A stretch of DNA of 63,648 nt, filler included, from Octopus bimaculoides (Eukaryota): NCBI RefSeq assembly GCF_001194135.2. It is 5 parts of 4 records of this genome, joined end to end, with 100 filler letters (N's around TTAATTAATTAA, not from the genome) between each part and the next. Parts side by side here need not be neighbours in the genome. Positions count along the whole stretch, not along the records: positions 33,841 to 56,952 come from NC_068983.1; 4 more parts are not named here. The stretch is one strand, 5' to 3'. The notes under the pieces are model-generated. The model saw only the letters and a list, made by a program, of their open reading frames with translations, had not been told where the DNA came from and did no database searches. How positions within the stretch are numbered: position 1 is the first letter of the stretch; the number at the start of each line of letters is the position of its first letter. Positions 36,530-50,204 of this stretch are shown in pieces. Position numbers and translations under genes: made by a program.

Positions 36530-37143
36530 AAATTTCGTCAGCAATTTCGGGACAGAAGACAAGTTGATTACATCAACCCCAGTATGCAACTAGTTCTTAT
36601 TTTATTGACCCTGAAAGGATGAAAATCAAAGTCGACCTCGGTGCAATTTGAACTCAGGTAGGAAGGACGGATGAAATGCATCTAAGTATTTTGTCCAACG
36701 TGGTAAACATTCGAGAAGCTCGTCGCCTTATAACCCGAGACAAATAGTCATTTCTACTACATGCACATGGCCTGACAGTTTAGGGGGAGAGGTTAGTCGA
36801 TTACATCGCCCCCAGTGCGTAACTGGTACTTATTTCATCGACCTCGAAAGGATTAAAGGCAAAGTCGACCTCGGTGGCTTTTGAACTCAAAACGTAAAGA
36901 CTGACGAAATGTCGCTAAGCATTTCGCTCGGCGTTCAAACGATTCTGCCACCTAGTCGCTTGTTATCATTTACATATATACGACGGGCTTCTTCCAATGT
37001 TCGTCCACCAAATACACTAACATGGCTTTGGTCGGTACGTGGCTATAGTAGAAGACACATGTCCAAGCTCTCGCACAGTGGGACTGAACCCTGAACCATG
37101 TGGTTGGGAAGCAAGCTTCTTAAACACAACAAACCTTGCGCCC
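36530..37143 (-). mobile_element. Two SINE family B copies followed by a SINE family A head, all minus strand
   Basis: gaaaggat..aaagtcgacctcgg at about 36613 and 36847; A head gggaagcaagcttctt at about 37106. Confidence 0.75.
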
Positions 37144-38706
37144 TTATGATCAACAGAAATAATTAAAGCAAATAAGGAAAAAGATTCAAAGAAAGCAAAC
37201 GTCCTCTCTCGTAGAAAGTAGTTTCGGCGCTGGTTGTGACAATTATATTTAGGGACAGAAAATTTATTTGATTCACATTTAACTAAGTTTACGAGTTTAT
37301 AAGGAGGACATTAATGGGAACTAGCAAAGGAATTGAAACCAATGTATCGTTCTCGGTATCTTTGTTAGTTCTTACTGAGATATATTATTATGAGGAACAT
37401 GCATGCTTTTTCTCTTACAGTTTATTGAATTTGTTATCACTGGACATAATTTGCGGTACATATAGAGATAGAAGGGCGAAAGGGTGTGCTTTGTCCACGA
37501 TTTCATGGAATACATACGATTAGAAAAATCTTCTTTTATTATACTGTATAGTAATATAGTATTTATTATATCTGTCATTCAATTTATGTCATGTAAGCTC
37601 CAGCGTGAACAAGAGTGTACACCTTCTGCGCATTAAACTTTCGACCAAGATACATCTGTTTTGTTGTACCTATATTTGCATATTCGAATATGTCTTTTTC
37701 TCTTCCTGTACAAGCCTTGCATATACATTAGCTTCTAATGCTATATAAGTATTGTTGTGATATACTTCTCCTACGAGGGTAAACACAAGCGTAATATAAA
37801 GAAAAAAATGTCAAGGGATTTTATATTCACCTTGCTCAAAACATTGTACCGTTATTTTGGAAATACAGCTGAAATGTCAATATGAAGCTGTAAATATCCC
37901 AATAATATATTCATCAATGTGTTTTCAAAAATAAACTTTTACTGTATGAAAATGTATTGCTATAGCTATAAAATCTCTCATTGCGTCTATTTGAGTATTT
38001 TACACGAAATTGAAAGCAAGTATTAACTGCAACTTCTGTTCTCTTTTACGCATTTCATGCGTATGTTTATGATCCCTGATTTTTATTGCAATGTGGTTTA
38101 AATTCTTTGTAGTGAAAATGTTCCTTTCTTTCTCACATCAGATATGATGCATATATAATGAAGCACAAAATCCAAGAATAATTCTTTGAAGATTGAATCA
38201 GTAAAAAATACTTCAACTAATGTTTGCTTTGTGCTTTGGGCGATGTCAAATATCGGCTCCAATGCAGTCTGAGTTTGATAAGGTTTAACAAACAAAGGAG
38301 ACACGCATTGCTTGTTAATGAGAATTTCTAAATCATTATAATGCACAGGACAGAACAAAGATATGCGCAGACATGAAACACATTTTCATAGCTGTTCAGT
38401 AAAATTTTAATTATGGTTTATCTAAAATTCCACTGATAGAAAAAAAGATGATTCGCAAACACATTTTCTACCCACCATCACTTTTGTAACTAAGCTGGCT
38501 TGGTACCCTGCAAAGTAGAAGCAATTGTACACAGTTACATTCTGTTTACAGAAGCTCATACCATTATAATTATTATCACATATTCATAATAAACGTTGGC
38601 GTTATCCGACGTGTATTAGCACACTGTGTATTAATCAATTAATATTATTTTAACATAGAAATATTAATTAAGCTTTCAGGTCAAAAGTAACAGTGACTGT
38701 CCATCG

Positions 38707-38750
<44 letters not shown>

Positions 38751-38783
38751 ACATACATAGGCAGATATACCTACATGAATGCA

Positions 38784-38814
<31 letters not shown>

Positions 38815-39109
38815 GCGATCGCTGGTTATATCCAGTCAGAAAGTTATCATTGGTATTACGTCTATTACACAGTACAAAACTTTATGTAATTTTCTGTTGC
38901 ATGAATTTAAGGTATTTTTTACAGATTCTGTCTTTCATGTGCTAATTTCAAGTCTGTCACCGGTTCTACTCTCCATACTTCAGTGTTCTTGCAATTTGAA
39001 AATCAATCTCTAATGCATTTGTAGTTCAATTTGACATAATGAGATACATATATCCAACTTGTAAAAAATTGACGATTGTATTTTCCACATCTGATCGCGG
39101 CTTCTTTAA

Positions 39110-40370
39110 GTAGACATAGATGTATGAATACCTCTGATGATTTCTACTATATCTGTGGCAGCTCACACTTATTTGTTAAACATGCAACAGTGTATGTGAG
39201 ACTGGCTTATAAAGGCTATTTTGAGATTTAGCCTCGGTGACCAAGACAAAAAATTAACCCCTAATGCTGTGTAATACCTATTTCTTTACTGCCCACAAGG
39301 GGTTATACACAGAGGGGACAAACAAGGACAGACAAACAGATTAAGTCGATTATATCGACCCCAGTGCGTAACTGGTACTTATTTAATCGACCCCGAAAGG
39401 ATGAAGGCAAAGTCGACATCAGCGGAATTTGAAGTCAGAACGTAGCGGCAGACGAAATACCGCTAAGCATTTCGCCCGGCGTGCTAACGCTTCTGCCAGC
39501 TCGCCGCCTTAATGCTGTGTAATATCTTTAAGGAAATGCTTCGTGACTGGAGAAAATAAAACCAAGGAGCCGGGCATTTAGAGTTCCTATGAACTGGCGA
39601 AAACGCAAGGACCATAGAAATGACTGTTACGTGGTATGGTCAACACGAAGGGTATCGGTAATAATATATATGTAAAATCTTATCCTAATATTCCTTCAGC
39701 AATTAGACCTATTCTGCACTCTCAGACATTCAGGTTTCCAGTTTTTCTTGAATACGAAGCTAGCAAACAAGAGTACCAGGATGATAATGATGATGCAGAA
39801 ATTACTTCAGAATTTCAGGACCCTTCTTACGGCGCCAAAGTTAATCTCTTCAGCGATTCAGCCAAACAGAACTGAATGATTTAGTGCGTAATTTGCGACT
39901 CAACAAATCTGTAGGTGAAGTTCAAACGTCCAGGCTACAAGAAAAAACTTCTACTTTGTCAAACTGAAAAAGTTTCTTATTTTTGAAAACGAGACGAGCT
40001 TTTTGTGCCATTTATTTTCAGAACAGAAACACTTTGTTTACTGCGATAATATTCCCGGCCTTCGCCAGTAAAAAGGTATCCCCTCGTACAGTTCAACCGA
40101 CTGGCAACAATTTGTAGATACCTCTAAGCGCAGCCTAAAGTGTTTCTCCAACACAATAGCAATCTTTATGGAGCTGTCCCGGAAGTTCACTCAGTGTGTT
40201 AGCTAGAAGAATACGATATGGAAATGGTTATTGGCCATTTTTGTAGATTTTAATAACTGGTCAATTTCCTCCTCGGCCAACAGAAAGGTTTCCCAATGCA
40301 TCCTTATTACATCTGCATGTACGACAGCCTAGCTTGAGAGAAACACTGGATTCAGAAGACTTGGTCCTTA
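39110..40370 (+). mobile_element. Degenerate Chapaev-type (CMC) DNA transposase remnant
   Basis: CMNTSDDFYYICG..YVRLAYKGYF..LGDQDK..VPMNWRKRKDHRNDCY..YPNIPSAIRP..SQTELNDLVRNLRL..DWQQFVDTSKRSLK..VNFLLGQQKGF..CMYDSLA*EKHW. Family name is from recalled motifs, not a search. Confidence 0.75.
39277..39509 (-). mobile_element. Full-length young SINE family B with a 15-bp target-site duplication
   Basis: Flanked by identical TAATGCTGTGTAATA at 39262-39276 and 39510-39524; CpGs retained. Confidence 0.9.
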
Positions 40371-42432
40371 AGTGAAATAATTCAAAGCTTACAGTAATAT
40401 AACTACCCTCATATTTGAATTCAGTATTACCCAAATGAGGTAATACCAGTTGTTGGTATCAATGCAATAAAAATTTTCTTGACAAGTGTTATTGCACCTA
40501 GGGTTTTCTTTCGACTGTAACAAAACGATGCATCTTTTGAAATCTTGTGAGCGATGCACCATAGGAAACTACGTCTCTATCATGTAGGCTTTTGTTGACT
40601 AAGCAACCGCTAGAAAAAATTCAGCTGAGATATCATACTGCATTTCCCCAATTTCACATCAATGTGCTCCCTTAAATAAAATAGTGCCATGCTACAATTT
40701 CTGACAGTATATTTCTAGCACATATCACTTGAGCGTTAAAATCTCTGAAATGTATCCGTCCCCTTGTATGTATTCCCCTCAACAGTATCATTCAGATAGC
40801 AATATATAAATGCCTTTTTTTAGTATGATGAGATCATGGGCATGTTACGTACTCTTTTGTAATTTCTTGAAGAAAAATATATCCCATACGGGACGATCCA
40901 TTTTTTTTCATTTCAATATTGAAATTAGATTATATTTTGAATAATTATGAATATATTGAAGTGAGTAGATTATTCAGTAACTTATAAAATATGTTTCCTA
41001 ATTTAATATAAATTTCTGTTTATCGTATATCATAATTGTATTGAAATAATGAATTGTTATCTCTTGTGATTGATTTTATAGAATAATGAAACGTTAGACA
41101 ATTGATGCTTTACTTTCTATGCTGTATCCTATATCAATATATCTAAGGTACTCATAATTAAGGGTAGCATAATTTCTCACTTATTGACTCCAAAGTAATT
41201 CAGTACGATGTAATACAATTCTGAGTACCGTATTTTAGTTGTGTAAAAAGCAATGTGCAGTTTTCTTGTAAAACAGAGATAAGAGTAAGCTTATGTAAAA
41301 CAAAGAAAAGCAAAGAACATGGATACAAACAGTACACTAAGCAAACCCATATATATACACACAATAAAACACACATAGTAAACACTTAGAAACGCCTGTA
41401 GAAACACACACGCGCGTTCGCACACACTCACACACACCCACACAGAAACTCACACACAGATACAGACCGCATGCACAGAAATACATGTCTTCTCGAGGTT
41501 AAAAACGTGCAGTAGAATCCGCTCGAACGGACAGCCATGTTACGAATATTACTTGTCAGTACAAGTGCTGCTTCGATTTCTAAGAGAGATTTTACAACTA
41601 GCCATTTTGCTTAGAGAAAATATCGTTATGTTCAAAAGCCTGAGTCAAAATAAAATTTGAATGTGTGTTACAATTGAATCTGACTGATTATTATTAACTA
41701 CAAACTGACGTAACACTTATTTTGAGGTCTTCATACAATTGTATTGTCAACAACCCTCTGCGTTCCTGTTCACTAAGTGCCACAGACATATCAAATATAT
41801 AATTTCAATTTTATAGTTTTTCCTTCGGCACAGTTTAATAACCTTGGAGTTAAACAGAGTTTTTAGCACCATATATATTACATATATATTTCGAATAGCA
41901 ATGTGTCAAGCGACAACCATCTTGTCATATAATATAGGAAATACTATATTCACTTTGGAGGATAGTATACACCATGTCACTTTAATGGCATCGGGATTTT
42001 TAGTATATGTATTAGTACAACTGTCATTAAATATTTATAGGCATAAATATTATAGTAGTGAATGATCAAAGATAAACGTATCGCATTTTCAAATTTCAAT
42101 ATTAATAGCCTTTGTGACTGTATTTAACTGTTAGAAATACTTTGCGATAACACCCCAAGAGAGCAGTGGACAGTACATACAAACGAAATGGTGTGCAGAA
42201 TACTGCTATGTCAGTGGTCATTCTCAAATAAATATCGGTGATGGAATGATTCTGTTTTCCTTAATCCGTGGTGGATAAAATAATTACATGTATATATTGG
42301 TGAAATTGATCTCATCTTTTACAGTTCGCCATTAGTAATAGCGGAACTGTACGTATACAAAAATTATGAATAATACAAATTGTAGTGAGACTTTCATATA
42401 AAATGCGATTTTGTGTCAAGAGAATACTACTG

Positions 42433-43344
42433 CATGAGAGGATACCCAAACGTAACTGTGTACGTTTTCTGTGAGACAAACCCGTTTCAGTTCAAGCTCC
42501 CACCACTAAGAGCCACTTGCTGCGACCATCAGGTATCAGTCTGCCGATCAGCGCCGTAGTGTGAAGTCGTACTTCCACGTGGTGCGTCTTTCTTTTGCAA
42601 TCCTTCTCACCTGTACGTCGATTTTTGTGATAGCTGAAACGAAGGAACAGCGTGCAACCGTTAAATTCTGTATTCTTCTGGGTAAAACGGCGGCCGAAAC
42701 AATCGCGTAACATTATCAAGTTAGTAACAGAGATCGTGCCTTGAGCAAAGCACATGTTTACGAGTGGTTTTGATGCTTAATGAATGGCCACTTGTCATTT
42801 AAATACCAATCTCCTTCAGAGCGAATGTCGAACACCCGAACGAATGATGACATCATGAAAATTCATCAACTAAGCTTGGATGACTGTCACTGAACAATAC
42901 GCGAGTATGCTGGCATGATTGGTGTGTGTTGAAGCTCCTGCCAACATATTTTGGGCAAAATTTTGCTAATGAAAAGTATTGCAGCAAAAGGCGTGCCTCA
43001 ATTGCTCTCAGGACATGAAAAGTAGTCACGTCTGAATGCGTGTCGTGAACTGAAAGAACAGTTGGAAGTTGATCCAGACATTTTTTTCGAAGTTCATCAC
43101 TCGTAACAAAAGTTGCTGCTACGGAATTTGCAGATGTGGAAGAGATGGGAAACCAAAAATATATGGAGGCGTAGAAAAGGCATCACTTCACAAGTTTTTA
43201 GCACTGCTTCGAACTGTGGAAAATGCTTCTGGAACGATTGCTTCAAATGGAGAATACTTTGAATGCGATGAAAGTCTAAACATGTACAATTAAGGGAATA
43301 AAATAACATTGCAAAATCCTGGTTTCTTTTGGGTACCCCTCGTA
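42433..43344 (+). mobile_element. Internally deleted mariner (Tc1/mariner) transposon
   Basis: EQRATVKFCILLGKTAAET..HVYEWF..IAAKGVPQLL..SRLNACRELKEQLEVDPDIFSKFITRNKSCCYG jumps to FADVEE..IASNGEYFE. Right TIR cctggtttcttttgggtacccctcgTA; degenerate left TIR catgagaggatacccaaa. Confidence 0.88.
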
Positions 43345-45107
43345 CATTTTGTTACATATCTCTAGATAAAAAGATCACAATCTGAAGGAATTATGTTTCT
43401 CTTGATGTTTGATGTGTTGATAACCTGAATACCAGCAATGAACTACAGGTACATTTTATATAGCTTGTCTTACAATCAAATATGATACTGAAGCAATATT
43501 TCATATCAAGAATACTAGAAATATCAGTGATATCTCCTCTTGTTTCAGTCACACAATGATAAAATTACTTAGGCTACATCGTTCCGTGAATATTCTAGCT
43601 GTTAATAGCTTCAGTGTTAGATAAACAGGCACAGTATATGTTATACTGCAGGGTAGGATACATTTTCTTTATTTCAATTGTATTTCCTAGATTTTGTCTG
43701 CTTCTGTTTTCTTTTATTTAATAGTGTTCATGTACTATTGATTAATGTCCATTATTCTTCTAAAATCTTTTCAAATTCTTCATTTCTATATTATTGAAAT
43801 CCTCTCTTTTGTTGCTTTTACAATTTTGTTTTTCATTTGACTTCTTTTCATCGTTAATTACATAGCTATGGTAGAACAATATTATTTTGATTCATTTTTA
43901 GAAGAAGAAAAAAAATATTTTTTCGTTTGTATTTATTACAGTAGTTGTGGGAATTGCTGCTTCATTGGTTGAGGAACTGATTTCTGTTATATCAAGAAGA
44001 AGGTGAGTGTGGCAAGGAATATTTTCTATTAATTGTCAGTAAGGGTCATAAATACAATGTATTCTGAGATGAAATGTCGAAATGAATGTCACAATATAAA
44101 ATTGATCAAAATTATATTTCCGGAGAATACAAAATATGAGAAAACTAATGAATATTTTGAAGGAACTAGCACTTCCCATTATTTATTATATACAATACAA
44201 ATTTGTGAAGCATTTCTTTTGTTTATTTTCTTTAATATTAAGGTAAAGTTCTCACAACGTATCATCTTGATCGTTGTCTAACACTTTAAAAAATCTTGTA
44301 ATTTTAACACTAATATAACTGCTGTAAATTACTAATTTATTTTGAAATACGCCATATACTCATCTGAGAGGAAATACATGAACATTACGTGGATGCATAT
44401 ATCAGATAACGTTCGAATTATGTATACAACTTTGGAGAGGTAATTCAGAAAACGGATTATGAAGCAATACATGTCACGTGCATTGCAAAGGAATGTTAGA
44501 TTTATACACAATTCACAGTGGAATAATTAGAACAGCCCTCTATTACTGACCTGATAATGTTACGCGATTGATGAGAAAATAGAAAATGATATGTTTATCT
44601 TAAATGTAATGCAATTATTTAATTCGTGGTAATTGAGCTTTTAATTAAATAATTGATAATCATAGTAATACATTTCACATTGTTTTCTTGGAAATCACAT
44701 GCAGAAGGTACACATATATAAACGTCCCCCACCGAGATTACATGTACTCTAATCGCTTTATATACCGTCTCAAATTTTAGTTACATTTCGTGTTAATAAA
44801 TCGCGATGAAACTCTATATACATGCCATAAAATCTAAAACAAAATTTAATAGAACTCCCCATTTAGAACGTACATTCTCCTTTGTATTTCCTGCTGTCTT
44901 CATTGTTGTTTAGCTGCAAGTCCTATGATTAAATGTTTTTCACCTACTACTAAACAAATTTTGATAAGAAGGCGATTTGATATCTGCATTTGGTACATCG
45001 GGCAGACATCTAGATATCTCTTTATTTTAGTAATATATATATACAGAGAGAGAGAGGGAGAGAGAGAGAGAGGGGAGAGAGAGAGATAGTTAGATAGACA
45101 GACAGAC

Positions 45108-45140
<33 letters not shown>

Positions 45141-45695
45141 NNNNNNNNNNNNNNNNNNNNNNNNNNNNNNNNNNNNNNNNNNNNNNNNNNNNNNNNNNNN
45201 NNNNNNNNNNNNNNNNNNNNNNNNNNNNNNNNNNNNNNNNNNNNNNNNNNNNNNNNNNNNNNNNNNNNNNNNNNNNNNNNNNNNNNNNNNNNNNNNNNNN
45301 NNNNNNNNNNNNNNNNNNNNNNNNNNNNNNNNNNNNNNNNNNNNNNNNNNNNNNNNNNNNNNNNNNNNNNNNNNNNNNNNNNNNNNNNNNNNNNNNNNNN
45401 NNNNNNNNNNNNNNNNNNNNNNNNNNNNNNNNNNNNNNNNNNNNNNNNNNNNNNNNNNNNNNNNNNNNNNNNNNNNNNNNNNNNNNNNNNNNNNNNNNNN
45501 NNNNNNNNNNNNNNNNNNNNNNNNNNNNNNNNNNNNNNNNNNNNNNNNNNNNNNNNNNNNNNNNNNNNNNNNNNNNNNNNNNNNNNNNNNNNNNNNNNNN
45601 NNNNNNNNNNNNNNNNNNNNNNNNNNNNNNNNNNNNNNNNNNNNNNNNNNNNNNNNNNNNNNNNNNNNNNNNNNNNNNNNNNNNNNNNNNNNNNN

Positions 45696-46194
45696 AAAAT
45701 ATACAAGAATAAGGGCAGCGAATCGTCAATTAGTAATAGAATTAATAATTAACAATTTTGCCAAGTAGTTCAGTATTAAAAAACCTTTATCGGTAAAACC
45801 ATTTATCATCATAAATATACAGGGATTAGCATTGAGTTGCTTCTCCAACATACTGAAAATTTAGAAATAGCAGTCAAAGAACTACTGATTCTAAACTACA
45901 AATTTACCTCTAAGTGGATGGCGATATTTATGGCACACATAGAACAAAAAAAAACAGAGAGAAAAGCGAAAACAAATCTGCCTTTAGTTAATTGGATACG
46001 AACGTTTCGCGGTTAAGAGAATGAAATTACTCTATTCCGCATCTTCAGCCCAATATTCTGATAAATTTGAAAGTGTCTCTAAAAAATTCACGGTAATTTC
46101 TGGCCATGCGACACCAAAAACCATCGAGAAGAAATTGTTAATTATTAATTCTATTACTAATTGACGATTCCCTGCCCTTATTCTTGTATATTTT
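45696..46194. repeat. 63-bp inverted repeat pair (45696-45758 and 46132-46194, one mismatch) enclosing 373 bp
   Basis: The reverse complement of the left arm equals the right arm except for one base. The left arm starts at a gap edge and may be longer. Confidence 0.9.
45991..46054 (-). ncRNA. Minimal type I hammerhead ribozyme, intact core, stem I with a 4-nt bulge
   Basis: AUUGGG-CUGAAGA-U-GCGG(24 nt containing AGAG/CUCU)CCGC-GAAA-CGUU-CGUAUCCAAU. Confidence 0.75.
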
Positions 46195-49100
46195 ATATTT
46201 GGAACCTCTAAGTTAGATGGTTAAACCGTAATCCCTTCACACGGGACTATTTTGTGACGCACATGGAATGGATTTCTTTGAGGTGAGGTGCCTGAACTCA
46301 CTAGCCGATGAATTCGTAAGTGCTTTTAGTATATAGTATATAGTAATGACGACAATAATTTATTTTATAGGATACTTGAATTTTCTCACCCGTTGGAGTA
46401 TATATACGAAATATTCAAGATGAAAGGGTTGTTAAATTATTATCGTTGTTGCATTTTTATTATTTGTTCTTTTAAAAGAGAAATTATACATTGAAGTTTA
46501 TGAGCACAAAATAAAATATCAGTATAATGTCTATTTTGAAATGATTATCATTGTATGTGGATAGTTTTCTCACCTGTTGGAGTATGTATTGCCTGTTGTT
46601 TTATAGTCGATTTAGAAAAAATGGTCTAAATAATAAATGCACAATATAAAGCATGCAATTATATACCAGCCGTTACTCGCGCTGGTTTTGTTAAATAGCT
46701 TCTGGTCGGCAACAACTGACAGAATCAAGGCAATTTGGTGTTATCACATACTCAAAGAACACACAGATATGCGTGTGTGTATGAGCGTTTTGCGTCTGCA
46801 TACATATGCATATGTATAATTTTTGATTTGTATGGACTCTTATCTTTTCAACTATATATATATATATGCATAAATACACAAATATATTTATATATATACA
46901 TACACAAACATATATATATATATATACATATATATATAATTATACACACATACATATGTATATAGGTTCATATTTGCGTATTTGTGTGCATGTGTGTGTG
47001 TGCGTTAACCATTTTAAGGTAATTGCTGGACACCAATTCATCTCGAGGTTAAACCTGAGTAAATTCATATCGAAAGCGCTTGTTTATAAGACCAAAAAGT
47101 TCGGCTTGTAATGATATTTTAGGAACTTCCTTAAAATTCGCTTACGGTTTGTATTTAAATCCAAAAATATCAACAAAACTTTACTTATATACGTCTCTGC
47201 ACAATGTATTACTTCAATACATTCATTTATTTATGTCAAGAATATTTAAGATTTGTATGGTGTGTATTCTATTGTTTTCATTTTATTCTGCTCTATATCT
47301 TCTGTATCTGCTATATTTTCTGTACATCGTTCTTATTGAATTTGTTCTGAAAGCTCCTAAGTAATTGCCACTAAACACGTTTACTAATCCTCCTTAGATC
47401 AACTCAGCCAACATAAAGTTCATGGTTGTTATAATTTGAAACACAACTAAAAATCTATTATTTCAAAACAATTCATTATCTCATGTCCTCTTTTCCTAAA
47501 ACAATATTGAATCAATCGACTTTGTATAAACGCATACTTTAAATATAGCACTGAACTTTTCGTTGCGCCGTCTTTGCAAAATGAGCGTGAATGATTATTT
47601 CGTTTAAGCAACGTATGTATTATTCATGACTGTGGTATGTACTTTCTAGTTAACGTTTAACTTTTTGACTAAAACGTTTATCCTGTAGAATATCATTGTC
47701 GAATTTTGACCTCGATAAACTAACAGAGGTTTTCACTGCATGTTGAAAATTCTTGAAAGGGAGTCCCGGTGTCATATTCATTTAATAGAACATGAATCCG
47801 ATTATTCCAGATTCTATTTCGAAATAGTGGATATAAATACCAAGTAGTACACTAATAATTAGATATATTTATGCTCTATCAAAACGTATGTGTTTTTGTA
47901 TGTTAAAATGGAAATAGAATAGACCATGTTATAAGTAGGTAAAACAAATATTTGCAAGAATTACTAATTGCCATGTTATATGTTGTTAACTATAGTAAAA
48001 TTTAAGGAATGTACTATACATACTGAAGCTGTGAATGATATTGTTAAAACATTTGACTGAAGGAAATCTCAGTATGTAATGCACTATTTTATATGTGCTC
48101 GGGAAAGAATAGTAAGTGTCTGAATGAATTATTTATATATGAATTTTATGAATATATTAACTGATTTTTATAGCCGAAGACCATCATTCACATAAAGAGA
48201 TACTTTCGTATTAACAAGAATAACTCATTTATATAAAATCTATACTTAACATATTTGATCCAATATAAATTCTATTTCCAAACTATAATTCAATATTTCA
48301 GAACTGATAATTCCTATCAGAGTCCGAACTGTTTAATTGCATTCAGCTTGAAGGCTACGCAATCATTTGATTTTGAGTTGATATGAAAGGCATTAGAAAG
48401 ATTCAAGAGAGAAGCATAGAAACGAAGGCTTAATCCAACGAAACGTTCGTTTGGCTGATTATAATCTACAAGAGCATAACTCATCATTTGCTATTTTAAT
48501 GTCAATTTTATTATTAACAATATGGCCCGAAGGCCAATATTATCATCGCCATTTCACCAATGAAATAAGAATTTGACGTGAATATCAAAGGCAAATACCG
48601 AAGAAAATTGGATTTTAGTTAGATTTAAATGCCACAAAGCAATATTATTGATTTCTCTTCGCCTTGCATTATGATTATCCTTCTATAAGCTAGAGTGAAA
48701 AGAGTTATCCCCAGGACATAACTGCTACCCATTGTATTGGATGGATAAAATGCACCGAGATTCTCAATGGAAATGTACACTCAGTACATAATCGACCAAG
48801 ACTGAATAATATAATAAATAAGAATCAAATGATCTACCAATACAGATCCGATACTCTCCAGTATCGATAAGATTCTAGTGACTAGTTAAATCATTTAGTA
48901 TACTAGTTCCTAGTTCATTCAGCTTAATACCGTCTGGATATGCTTCTCCTTATAGTTTCATTCAATATATTTATTGGCAGTGAGAATGGGGAAATTCAAG
49001 AAGATAACAATACAAAATCACAATACATACAATATCGAATGTCAAAGTAGAAAACAAAAACAAAATAAAAATTAAAGATACACAGTAATCCTTAGACTAT

Positions 49101-49957
49101 CGCGGGTGTTACGTTTCAAACAACGCCACCTCACTCCGCGATAGGTGCAAATCGGCTAAGTAGAAACAGTACTGCACTGTATATTTCTTGTTAAATTTTA
49201 TAGTTATTATATATTCATTTTATTATGAATGCAACGCACGACGCAGGAATCAACGTAAGCTTAAATAATTAACCGCGATAGGTGAACCGCTACAGATTAC
49301 TTTATAGTTTTTGTATTAAAGTTATTAGAATATACAAAATTTATTTGCATTCCTGCGTGGTAAAGTAAAATACATACGTACATAGATGTATGTCTCTCTC
49401 TCTCTCTCTCTCACTCTCTCTCACTCTCTCTCTCTCTCTCTCTCTCTCTCNNNNNNNNNNNNNNNNNNNNNNNNNNNNNNNNNNNNNNNNNNNNNNNNNN
49501 NNNNNNNNNNNNNNNNNNNNNNNNNNNNNNNNNNNNNNNNNNNNNNNNNNNNNNNNNNNNNNNNNNNNNNNNNNNNNNNNNNNNNNNNNNNNNNNNNNNN
49601 NNNNNNNNNNNNNNNNNNNNNNNNNNNNNNNNNNNNNNNNNNNNNNNNNNNNNNNNNNNNNNNNNNNNNNNNNNNNNNNNNNNNNNNNNNNNNNNNNNNN
49701 NNNNNNNNNNNNNNNNNNNNNNNNNNNNNNNNNNNNNNNNNNNNNNNNNNNNNNNNNNNNNNNNNNNNNNNNNNNNNNNNNNNNNNNNNNNNNNNNNNNN
49801 NNNNNNNNNNNNNNNNNNNNNNNNNNNNNNNNNNNNNNNNNNNNNNNNNNNNNNNNNNNNNNNNNNNNNNNNNNNNNNNNNNNNNNNNNNNNNNNNNNNN
49901 NNNNNNNNNNNNNNNNNNNNNNNNNNNNNNATATATGCATATATATATATATATATT

Positions 49958-50204
49958 CAACACGCTTCTCTCAGTTTCCGTCAGTCAGATCCACTCACAA
50001 GGCTTTGGTAGAAAACACATGCAGGAGATGCCACAGAGTGGGACTGGCACGGGCATTATGTTGTTGGGAAGCAAGCTTCTTACCATAGAGCAACTCCTGC
50101 GTCTATAACCACTCCTACGCCTATAGCCACCCCGCGCCTATAGTCGCAACTGCGACTATAGACACTCCTGAGTCTATAACCACTCATGCACCTATAACCA
50201 TTCC
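49958..50204 (-). mobile_element. SINE family A 5' part whose first 18 nt are tandemly amplified about six times
   Basis: Units agcaactcctgcgtctat, aaccactcctacgcctat, agccaccccgcgcctat, agtcgcaactgcgactat, agacactcctgagtctat, aaccactcatgcacctat (50089-50195). Confidence 0.75.

Noticed and set aside
48419-48455. AAACG...GAAACGTT-CGTTT resembling hammerhead stems I and III
   Set aside because: No CUGANGA core and no stem II.
50089-50204. CRISPR-like array
   Set aside because: Eukaryotic context, no spacers, and units derive from the SINE 5' end.
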